Assembly: GCF_017876815.1 (NCBI RefSeq)
Contig: NZ_JAGIOS010000002.1
Location: 1,260,001-1,292,000 of the forward strand
DNA length: 32,000 bases
Direction of reading: 5' to 3'
DNA from: Sinorhizobium meliloti
Lineage (GTDB): Bacteria > Pseudomonadota > Alphaproteobacteria > Rhizobiales > Rhizobiaceae
Shown here: one piece after another, positions 8,336 to 16,328 of the stretch
Position numbering within the stretch: position 1 is the stretch's first letter
Layout of the letters: every line of letters starts with the position of its first letter
Position numbers and translations under genes: made by a program
The notes under the pieces: model-generated
What the model was told of the DNA's origin: nothing
Databases searched by the model: none
The model's input: the letters and a program-made list of their open reading frames with translations, nothing else

Positions 8336-9232
8336 ATGGACCGTTTCGATGCTATGCGAGTCTTTGCCCGCGTCGCCGAAAGGCGCAGCTTCACGCTGGC
8401 GGCGGAGGACCTTGGACTGCCCCGTTCGACAATTACCGATGCCGTCAAACAGCTGGAGGGGCGTCTGGGCGTGCGCCTGCTGCAGCGTACCACGCGCGTC
8501 GTCCGGACCACCTTGGATGGAGAAGCTTACTATCACCGCTGCGTCAGACTCATCGCCGATCTGGAAGACGCCGAGGCCGGCTTCAGCGGCGCTAGTCCGT
8601 CGGGTCTGTTGCGTGTTGATGTTCACGGTACGCAGGCGCGCCATTTCCTGCTGCCTGGCCTACAGGTTTTTCTCGATCGTTATCCCGATATCCGATTGCA
8701 CATCAGCGAAACCCACCAGCCGGTGGACATCGTGCGCGAGGGGTATGATTGCATCGTGCGCGCGGGCCATCTCGCAGACTCCCCGCTGATCGGCCGGAAA
8801 TTGGCCGAGCTGAAGCGCGGCACCTTCGCGAGCCCTGAGTACCTCGCTCGCTTCGGCACGCCCCACGTCCCCGAGGACCTATTTGACGGTCACCAAATGG
8901 TGGGGCTCCTCTCCTCCGATACGCCCTCGGTTGCGCCCTTTGCATTCGTCGTCGCGGGCAAGGCGCGCGAGCTGACGCTGCCAACTGTCGTCACGGTGAC
9001 TGGCCCCGAGACGAACGTCGCATCGGCCTGTGCCGGTCTGGGACTCATTCAAGTCCCGCGCTATCGGGTTGCTTCCGAGCTTGCGAGCGGCGCGCTCGTA
9101 GAAGTGTTAACGGATTTTCCGCCATCGCCACTGCCAGTGCACGTCCTTTATTCGCACACGCGTCAGCTTTCGCCCCGCTTGCGCGTGTTCATCGATTGGA
9201 TCACTGAGCGATACCGGCTCCGCGAGAGTTGA
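8336..9232 (+). CDS. LysR-family transcriptional regulator
   Basis: N-terminal HTH 'FTLAAEDLGLPRSTITDAVKQLEGRLGVRLLQRTTR' plus a C-terminal substrate-binding domain of about 200 aa. Classic divergent arrangement with the SDR gene. Confidence 0.92.
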   Translation: MDRFDAMRVFARVAERRSFTLAAEDLGLPRSTITDAVKQLEGRLGVRLLQRTTRVVRTTLDGEAYYHRCVRLIADLEDAEAGFSGASPSGLLRVDVHGTQARHFLLPGLQVFLDRYPDIRLHISETHQPVDIVREGYDCIVRAGHLADSPLIGRKLAELKRGTFASPEYLARFGTPHVPEDLFDGHQMVGLLSSDTPSVAPFAFVVAGKARELTLPTVVTVTGPETNVASACAGLGLIQVPRYRVASELASGALVEVLTDFPPSPLPVHVLYSHTRQLSPRLRVFIDWITERYRLRES

Positions 9233-9794
9233 TCTGAACCGAGGAAAGGCCAACGGTCTCCCGCGATCGGCGCCCTGACGTCATGCCTCGGGTTTGAGCG
9301 CACGGGGCTCACCGTCAGCCGATCCTGTAGAAATCTGGTGAATCAACAAGTCCATCGATGCGAACTGTTTGTGCGACTTTTACTTAGATCTTTCTTTGAT
9401 GACCAACCTTTTCCCAGAGGTAATAAGAACCTGCCGTGTTCGGATGTTACGGAAGTACATCGGTGCAGATGCTCTCCGTGCGTGGAGGACAGGCCAAAGA
9501 CTTACAGCTCCGGCGCGAAACGTCGCGTCGACCGGGCGTGAGCACCCAGTGGTGCGCGGTTGCCTGGGCTGAGGCGACGCCAAGGTTGGTCCCTGTTACT
9601 TCCGGAACTGCCGCAGTGGCTTACTCCGGGTATTCAGTAACAACGGGATTGCGCGTGCGGGCGGAACGAGGACGGCGCGCGCGGGACGAGCCTTTGCTGC
9701 CACATCCCGAACAACGAGGCGGTGACTCTGTCGCAGCCGCCGCATTGGCGAGTGTCCACCGAAAGGCCGGCACTCAGACCAAGAGGGAAGCACC

Positions 9795-10040
9795 ATGTCT
9801 AAGACGTCCTTCAACATCAATCCGTCGGCCATTCTGACCACGGCGCTAGGCACAGCCTTCTTGAGCTGCGCGGCACAGGTGGCCGGGGCAATCCACCGGC
9901 GCCGGCAAAGCGGTCGTGCACGCGGGTGCACTCTGCAGGAAATGCCGGATTACATCCTCAAGGACATCGGCGTGACGCGCTTCGAAATTGAATACCTCGT
10001 CAAATCTGGACGAGCCTGCAGATGGCGCCAGAGCGAGTGA
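9795..10040 (+). CDS. DUF1127 domain small protein (81 aa)
   Basis: An Arg-rich stretch followed by 'LQEMPDYILKDIGVTRFEIEY' matches the DUF1127 signature (L..L.D..LKDIG(L/V)(T/S)R.(D/E)I). An AGAGGGAAG SD lies just upstream of the ATG. Confidence 0.75.
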   Translation: MSKTSFNINPSAILTTALGTAFLSCAAQVAGAIHRRRQSGRARGCTLQEMPDYILKDIGVTRFEIEYLVKSGRACRWRQSE

Positions 10041-10101
10041 AGCGGCCGAATGCCACCGTCTCTGTCAGATCGAACCATTGAGAATGACAATGGGAGTGAC
10101 C

Positions 10102-11811
10102 ATGAAAATGCACCTTCTCTCCAGCGCTCTGTCCGTAGCGATCCTCTTCGCCGCCGCTCCGGCCCTTGCCCATGACGCGAAGTACCACCTGGCGAAGAAC
10201 ACTGAGCTGAAACAGTTCAGCGGCAACCAGCTTCCGACGCCAGGTACCCAGGGCGCACAGGTGCCTCTGTGGCCAAATCTAACCAGTCATCGCTCCGCCG
10301 CCTCTACCGCCAGCAAAGATGCGCAGGCTTACGTCGACCAGGCGATGATGCTGAGCTTCGGTTTCAACCATGCCGAGGCTGCGCGGAGCTTCAAGCAAGC
10401 TCAGAAGCTTGACCCATCTTGCGCGATTTGTTTTTGGGGCGAAGCGCTCGTGCTCGGCCCGAACATCAACGCACCGATGGATCCCGACGCAAATGCTGTG
10501 GCATTGGCCGCGGTGGCGAAAGCCGTGGCCTTGGCGCCCAACGCATCTCCGCGTGAGCAAGCGTTGATCGCCGCCCTGACCCGCCGCTATGCTCCAGACA
10601 CCGAACGTACAGTTCTTGACCAGGCCTATGCAGAGGCCATGGCTGAAGTCGCAGACAAGTTTCCGAAAGACGACGATATCGCCGTTCTCTATGCAGAGGC
10701 GTTGATGGACCTGAACCCTTGGGATTACTGGACCGACGCCGGCGCAAAACCGAAGGGAAAGACTGCGGCGATTATCTCGACGCTTGAGCGGGTGCTAGCG
10801 CGCAACCCGGACCATGTTGGCGCGATCCATCTTTACATCCATGTAGTCGAGGCCTCGACTACGCCCGAGCGGGCGGAGCGGCACGCCGATCGCCTGGCGA
10901 AGATGGATATCGGAGCCGGTCATCTGGTTCACATGCCCTCTCACATTTACTATCGGGTCGGACGTTATGCGGATTCGCTTGCGGTAAATCGCCGTGCGGT
11001 TGCAACGGATGAGTCTTTCTTTCAAGCGGTGGCACCTGAGGGGCTCTATGCCGGCGGCTACTATCCACACAACATCCACTTCCTGCTGGTTTCGGCACAA
11101 ATGGCCGGTGACGGGCCGACTGCCATCGAGGCGGCGCAGAAGCTCTCAGGGGTAATTTCGGACGAGCTCGCGCGCGCTGCACCTGCGTTCGTTCAGCCGA
11201 TCAAGGCCGCGCCCCTATTCGCGCATGCCCAGTTCAGCGATCCGGAAACGATCCTCGCGGTTGCGCGTCCGACAGGCGACTTCCCATTCGTCGATGCCGC
11301 CTGGCATTATATGCGCGGGGTTGCTCAAGCTCGGCGCGGTGAGCTTGATGCTGCTCGATCCGAGGGAGCGGCGATTGCCGAAATCGCCCGTTCAGCTGAC
11401 TTGAATGCGCTAGAGGACGGCGGAATGCCCGCTGCTGACGTACTGGCAATAGCCGGGCACGTCCTTACCGCGCGGATTGCACAGGCGGCTGACGATTGGC
11501 CGGCTGCCGCTCGCGCCTTCGCGGATGCAAAGAAAGTGGAGGATCGCCTTTCATATATGGAGCCGCGCCACTGGTACTACCCGATCGGTCAGTCGCTCGG
11601 AGCGGCTCTGTTGCGCGTCGGCGATCTCGATGGGGCGGAAAATGCCTTTCTCGAGAGCCTCGTCCTTGCTCCGAACAATGGCTGGGCCCTGTTCGGCCTA
11701 AGCGAGGTCTATCGCGCACGCGGCGACGAGGTCTTGGCTGAAAAAACGTCGCGCCGATGGCGTGATGCATGGGTAGGCAGCACGTCGATGCTGCGCCTCG
11801 ACCGGCTTTGA
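10102..11811 (+). CDS. Secreted TPR-repeat protein of unknown function
   Basis: The start is the ATG at 10102 after a GGGAG SD. Signal peptide 'MKMHLLSSALSVAILFAAAPALA|HD'. The body is helical-repeat/TPR-like ('AEAARSFKQAQKLDPSCAICFWGEA', 'NNGWALFGLSEVY'). Confidence 0.8.
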   Translation: MKMHLLSSALSVAILFAAAPALAHDAKYHLAKNTELKQFSGNQLPTPGTQGAQVPLWPNLTSHRSAASTASKDAQAYVDQAMMLSFGFNHAEAARSFKQAQKLDPSCAICFWGEALVLGPNINAPMDPDANAVALAAVAKAVALAPNASPREQALIAALTRRYAPDTERTVLDQAYAEAMAEVADKFPKDDDIAVLYAEALMDLNPWDYWTDAGAKPKGKTAAIISTLERVLARNPDHVGAIHLYIHVVEASTTPERAERHADRLAKMDIGAGHLVHMPSHIYYRVGRYADSLAVNRRAVATDESFFQAVAPEGLYAGGYYPHNIHFLLVSAQMAGDGPTAIEAAQKLSGVISDELARAAPAFVQPIKAAPLFAHAQFSDPETILAVARPTGDFPFVDAAWHYMRGVAQARRGELDAARSEGAAIAEIARSADLNALEDGGMPAADVLAIAGHVLTARIAQAADDWPAAARAFADAKKVEDRLSYMEPRHWYYPIGQSLGAALLRVGDLDGAENAFLESLVLAPNNGWALFGLSEVYRARGDEVLAEKTSRRWRDAWVGSTSMLRLDRL

Positions 11812-11834
11812 CAGTCTCGGGGCGAGGAACGCGC

Positions 11835-11863
11835 GCCTTTGGCCGCCCCGGTCGGCCAAAGGC
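11835..11863 (+). terminator. GC-rich stem-loop downstream of the TPR gene (terminator-like, no U-tract)
   Basis: GCCTTTGGCCG (11835-11845), a 7-nt loop, then CGGCCAAAGGC (11853-11863) give a perfect 11-bp stem 24 nt after the stop. No T-run follows. Confidence 0.4.
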
Positions 11864-12240
11864 AAAGACGCCAGGTGCTGATCAGCATTGGGCCGGGGTG
11901 CAACCCATGTTTACGAGAAGCAGCCAGTCGGCCAGCTGAAACTCAGGGTGCACACGTCAAATAGAAAGCCAGCTTCCGACGAACTGGTATCGACGCTGGC
12001 GGCGCAGTCCAGCAACCCAGCACGATGAAGATAATGCCTCGCACGAAACGATTGAAGCAGGATCTCCGGGTCCGCGCGGCCGCAGCGTCGGTCAATTCCA
12101 GCGGCTTTTGACGTTGACCGGCCGCACGTTCACGCTGCATGCGGGGACCAATTCCTGAATTGCATCATCCAAACCAGACCCATCACATGGAGCGGATGAG
12201 GACGGCGCGTGCGGTTTCGTCTGGGTTCCGAAATCGGGAT

Positions 12241-13863
12241 CTAGCGGTGGAGGATGGCCTCCGCCGCTTTTTCCGCAATCATGATGACCGGCGAGTTCGT
12301 GTTTCCGGAGACGATGCTGGGCATGATCGAGGCGTCGACGACACGCAAGCCATCAAGACCATGAACCTTGAGGGAAGGGTCCACCACCGCCATCGGATCG
12401 CTGCCCATCTTGCAGGTGCCCACCGGGTGGAAGATCGTCGTCGCGATGTCGCCGGCGCGTCGGATGAGCTCATCCTCGCTTTGGAACTCCGAGCCCGGCA
12501 GCATTTCTGCCGGTCTAAATCTTGCGATGGCCTTCGTCGCCATGAGATTGCGAGCGTGACGGATCGCATGTGCCGCAAGCAGCCGGTCGCCGGGGGTGGA
12601 CAGATAGTTCGGCCGGATGTCCGGCGCGGCGGATGATTCCGCTGTCGTGACATGCACGCTCCCCCGGCTTTCCGGTCTCAGATTGCACACCGAGACCGTG
12701 ACGGCCGGGTATCTGTGAAGCGGCTCTCCCAGCCGGTCGGTGCTCAGTGGCTGGACATGGTATTCGAGATCGGCGGTCGCGACCGACGGGCTGCTCTTTG
12801 CAAATATGCCGAGCTGGCTCGGCGCCATGGAGAGCGGACCGGAACGCCTCAGCATGTATTCGGCGCCCATTCCGATGCGGGAAAAAATGCTATGATAGAG
12901 CTGGTTCAGCGTCTTCGCGCCTTCGATCCGGAAGACGGTGCGGATCTGAAGATGATCCTGCAGGTTTTCGCCAACCCCGGGGAGGTCGTGGACCACCTCT
13001 GCGCCGGCTGCGGACACGACGTCCGGTCGGCCCACCCCGGATAGTTCGAGGATTTTCGGCGAGTTGATCGCGCCTGCAGAGAGGATGACCTCGCGCGTGG
13101 CGCGCGCCACCTGGATGCGGCCGTTCAACCGGAAGCGCACGCCCTTCGTCCGGCGGCCGTCGAAGATCAGACGCTCTGTCTCGGCGCCCGTCAGCACCCG
13201 GAGATTTGGCCGCTTCATGGCGGGGCGCAGGAAGGCCTTGCTCGTGTTCCAGCGCACGCCGCCGCGCTGATTCACCTCGAAATAGCCGGATCCCTCGTTA
13301 TCGCCGGTGTTGAAATCCTCGGCCTTCGGAATGCCAAGCTCTTCGGCGGCATCGCGAAAGGCGTCAAGGATCGGCCAAGACAGACGTTGCCGTTCGACCC
13401 GCCACTCTCCGCCGGCGCCATGCATCGGCGACTTGCCGCGGAAGTTGTCCTCCGATTTCAGGAAATAGGGCAGGACATCGTCCCAGCCCCAGCCGGTATT
13501 GCCGGCCTGGCGCCAGCCATCATAGTCGGCCGCTTGCCCACGCATATAGATCATGCCGTTGATCGAAGAGCAGCCGCCGAGCAGCTTTCCGCGAGGATAG
13601 GGGAGGCTGCGGCCGTTGAGGCCGGGCTCTGCGGCCGTCCTCATCATCCAGTCTGTGCGCGGATTGCCCATGCAGTAGAGATAGCCGATCGGCACATGCA
13701 CCCAGTGATAGCGGTCGCTGCCGCCGGCTTCGAGCAACAGGACCCGGTTTTTCGGGTCGGCGGAAAGCCGGTTGGCAAGCACGCAGCCCGCGGAACCGGC
13801 GCCGATGACGATGAAATCGTAACTGCCCGCGTCGGCGATCGTCTCGTTCATGTGTGCGTTCAC
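12241..13863 (-). CDS. GMC-family FAD oxidoreductase (choline/alcohol dehydrogenase-like)
   Basis: 'DFIVIGAGSAGCVLANRLS', 'GGCSSINGMIYMRG' and the C-terminal 'HPVGTCKMG'. The GTG at 13863 overlaps the kinase stop (GTGA). The ATG at 13851 is an alternative start. Confidence 0.9.
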   Translation of the reverse strand: MNAHMNETIADAGSYDFIVIGAGSAGCVLANRLSADPKNRVLLLEAGGSDRYHWVHVPIGYLYCMGNPRTDWMMRTAAEPGLNGRSLPYPRGKLLGGCSSINGMIYMRGQAADYDGWRQAGNTGWGWDDVLPYFLKSEDNFRGKSPMHGAGGEWRVERQRLSWPILDAFRDAAEELGIPKAEDFNTGDNEGSGYFEVNQRGGVRWNTSKAFLRPAMKRPNLRVLTGAETERLIFDGRRTKGVRFRLNGRIQVARATREVILSAGAINSPKILELSGVGRPDVVSAAGAEVVHDLPGVGENLQDHLQIRTVFRIEGAKTLNQLYHSIFSRIGMGAEYMLRRSGPLSMAPSQLGIFAKSSPSVATADLEYHVQPLSTDRLGEPLHRYPAVTVSVCNLRPESRGSVHVTTAESSAAPDIRPNYLSTPGDRLLAAHAIRHARNLMATKAIARFRPAEMLPGSEFQSEDELIRRAGDIATTIFHPVGTCKMGSDPMAVVDPSLKVHGLDGLRVVDASIMPSIVSGNTNSPVIMIAEKAAEAILHR

Positions 13864-15389
13864 GCCGCAACTCCCGCCGTGATGGCCTGCATTGCCGAAA
13901 GCCGTCGCCAGAGCGGCGTCATGACGTCCGCGATGTCCTTGTAAAGTGCGTATCTACGGGCATAATGCGCCTCCAGAGCTCTGTTCGGAAGGTAGTGCCG
14001 CTCGGTTTTCACCATCGCGGCCGCACCCTCGGCGAAGTCGGAGAAAATGCCGACGCCGGTCGCGGCGGCGATTGCCGCCCCCAGGGCGCCCGTCTCACGC
14101 GAGCCGGCGACGGAGACCGGCACGCCGATGACGTCGGCGAAGATCTGCGGCCATATGAGGCTGCGTGAGCCGCCGCCGGAAAGTACCGCCTCGTCGAAGG
14201 CCGCACCTGCTTTCCGCATCGTCTCGATGTGCTGGCGGTGTCCGAAGGCCACACCTTCGAGAACCGCGCGGACGAGGTGGCCTTTCGTGTGCCAGCCGGC
14301 GATCCCATAGAACCCGGCGCGAGCGCTGCCATCCTGCTGGGCGCCGTAGAGATAGGGGTGATAGATGGGGTCGTCGGAGGCCGGATCGCTTGAGGAGGCG
14401 AGCTCGCAGCAGAGGTCGAAGGGCGAGCGCCCATCGGACCGCACCTCGGAAAAGAACTCTCGCACCAGCCATTCGAGGTTCGCGGCGGAGGTCGCGCTGG
14501 ACTCGATCGCCATGTAGCGGTCGCGGTCGAAGGTCGATGACATGAACACCGGTCCCTGGAGCTCCGGGCGTTCGATGATCACCTGATTGATGCTCCAGGT
14601 TCCGGCAATGATCGAAGCCGCCCCCGTGCGGGTGACCCCGGAGCCGATCGCCGAGGCGACCACGTCGAAGAGACCGCCGACCACCGGCGTTCCGGCGGCA
14701 AGACCCGTCCCGGCCGCGGCCGCTTCGGTGATGCGGCCGGCGATTTCGGCGCTTTCCACCAGCGGCGGCAGGAGGTCCATGGATTCGCAGAGCCCGTAAG
14801 CTGCCATGAGTTCCCGGTCGTAGTGCCGGCCGGCGACGTTGAGCAAACCGCAGCCGGTCATGTCCGAGACGTCGCTGACGCGGGCGCCTGTCAGCCGGTT
14901 GACGATGAAATCCTTGCAGAGAAAAATCGTGCCGATACTGGCGAAAACCTCCGGTCGGTATCGTTTCATCCAGGCGAGCAGGGTGGGGGTCTGCGAAGGC
15001 CAGGGCCGTTGCTGGCCGATCGGATAGGTTCGGTCGCCGACACCTTGCGACGTCCACTCTTCGACAAGCGCCGCCGCCCGGGTGTCGAGCGATTGGATGC
15101 CAAGAAGCGGACGCCCCTCATGGTCGAGCGCGTACAGCCCATTGCCATGGCCGGCGCAGCCGATCGCCGCGAGTTCGCCGGCGTCAATCCCCGCCTCATC
15201 GATACATCTGCGGATGACCCGGCGGGCATTCTCCCAAAGTTCGTCCAGGTCGCGCTCGACATGCCCGGGGTACGGCATCCGGCTGTGCCCTTCCGCCGCG
15301 GCCGAAGCGATCTCCTTGCCCTTTCGGTCGAAGATCACCGCCTTGATGACGGTGTTGCCGGCGTCGAGGCCCAATAGATAATCTCCCAT
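13860..15389 (-). CDS. FGGY-family carbohydrate kinase, L-xylulose/3-keto-L-gulonate kinase (LyxK)-like
   Basis: 'LGLDAGNTVIKAV', 'SAEIAGRITEAAAAGTGL', 'AGTPVVGGLFDVVASAIGSG' and 'GGGSRS' parallel E. coli LyxK. A GGGAGGGG SD lies 7 nt upstream. Confidence 0.88.
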   Translation of the reverse strand: MGDYLLGLDAGNTVIKAVIFDRKGKEIASAAAEGHSRMPYPGHVERDLDELWENARRVIRRCIDEAGIDAGELAAIGCAGHGNGLYALDHEGRPLLGIQSLDTRAAALVEEWTSQGVGDRTYPIGQQRPWPSQTPTLLAWMKRYRPEVFASIGTIFLCKDFIVNRLTGARVSDVSDMTGCGLLNVAGRHYDRELMAAYGLCESMDLLPPLVESAEIAGRITEAAAAGTGLAAGTPVVGGLFDVVASAIGSGVTRTGAASIIAGTWSINQVIIERPELQGPVFMSSTFDRDRYMAIESSATSAANLEWLVREFFSEVRSDGRSPFDLCCELASSSDPASDDPIYHPYLYGAQQDGSARAGFYGIAGWHTKGHLVRAVLEGVAFGHRQHIETMRKAGAAFDEAVLSGGGSRSLIWPQIFADVIGVPVSVAGSRETGALGAAIAAATGVGIFSDFAEGAAAMVKTERHYLPNRALEAHYARRYALYKDIADVMTPLWRRLSAMQAITAGVAA

Positions 15390-15419
15390 GCTGAACCCCT
15401 CCCAAGGTCCGTTATCCGA

Positions 15420-16262
15420 TCAACTTTGACGATACAGTGCAAAAGCCTCTTCGCCGCTCGCATTGTCGTGCACGATCGCCATCAATGCGCGCACCACGGC
15501 TTTCGGATTGGAGTGCTGATAGATGTTGCGTCCATAGACCATGCCCATCGCACCTTGCTTCATCAAGGCCGCCGACTTGTCGAGGACGGATCTCAGATCC
15601 TCCTTGCCGCCGCCGCGGACGAGAACCGGGCAACGCGCCGCTTCGACCACCCGGTGGAATTCGTCCGCATCGTTGGTCGGGTCCGCCTTGACGATGTCGG
15701 CGCCCATCTCCCGGGCAAGCCGTGTCAGCGTGACGATCTTGTCGGCATCGCCATCGACCATGTACCCGCCATGCTCGGTCACCGGTTGCATGACGAGCGG
15801 CTCTATCATCAGCGGCATGCGGTATTTGTCGCAATCGGCCCGGACGCGGGCGATGTTCTGCACGCATTGGCGGAAAAGATCCGGTTCGTCCGGAAGCATG
15901 AACAGGTTGACGACGACGCAGGCCGCATCCATCGCCAGCGCCCCGATCAGCGGCTCGGCTTCGTTCTGCAGCACCGCCCACATGTCGCGGTGGCGGATGC
16001 GGTTATAGGGATTGCCCATGTCGATGCGCATGACGAGCGCCGGCTTGTCCTTGCCGGGAAGATTTTGCAGCAGATCGGCCTGGCCGTAGTTCATCTGGAT
16101 CGCGTCGGGCGCAGCCGCGGTGAGTGCCTTCACCACGGTCTCCATGTTTTCGAGTCCGCTCAAGAAAGACGGTTCGTTGCAGACACCGTGATCGATCGCG
16201 ACGTCGAGGCAGCGTCCGCGGTTGAACAGGCGGTTCATCCGCACCTTGCTATTGGTTCTCAT
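15420..16262 (-). CDS. Class I aldolase of the DhnA/FbaB/LsrF (DeoC/LacD-like) family
   Basis: 'GADIVKADPT' (Schiff-base Lys context) and 'VYGRNIYQH' (compare GRNIFQ). The start is the ATG at 16262 (MRTNSKV) behind an AGGAGA SD. Confidence 0.85.
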   Translation of the reverse strand: MRTNSKVRMNRLFNRGRCLDVAIDHGVCNEPSFLSGLENMETVVKALTAAAPDAIQMNYGQADLLQNLPGKDKPALVMRIDMGNPYNRIRHRDMWAVLQNEAEPLIGALAMDAACVVVNLFMLPDEPDLFRQCVQNIARVRADCDKYRMPLMIEPLVMQPVTEHGGYMVDGDADKIVTLTRLAREMGADIVKADPTNDADEFHRVVEAARCPVLVRGGGKEDLRSVLDKSAALMKQGAMGMVYGRNIYQHSNPKAVVRALMAIVHDNASGEEAFALYRQS

Positions 16263-16328
16263 GCTAGTTCTCCTTCGTCGTAGGTTGCGCGGCAGCCTGG
16301 ACTGAGGCCACGGCAAAAGATTGCGGTA

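Noticed and set aside
11943-12140. 65-aa minus-strand ORF downstream of the GMC gene with one hydrophobic stretch (RGIIFIVLGCWTAPP)
   Set aside because: There is no SD and no recognisable family. The sequence is Arg-rich outside the single hydrophobic patch. It lies 100 nt beyond the operon's last stop. I cannot distinguish it from chance.
12149-12162. CAATTC-CT-GAATTG 14-bp palindrome downstream of the GMC gene
   Set aside because: It is short and isolated, and it is not adjacent to any promoter or start codon. It is mentioned only as a possible block boundary marker, and no function can be supported.
15426-16283. 285-aa plus-strand ORF antisense to the DhnA-family aldolase, and comparable antisense ORFs at 20018-20959, 20568-21659, 22856-23830, 24660-25547, 25820-26602 and 27477-28409
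   Set aside because: All are mirror images of well-supported minus-strand genes. They have biased R/G/D/H composition and lack SD sequences and domain signatures.
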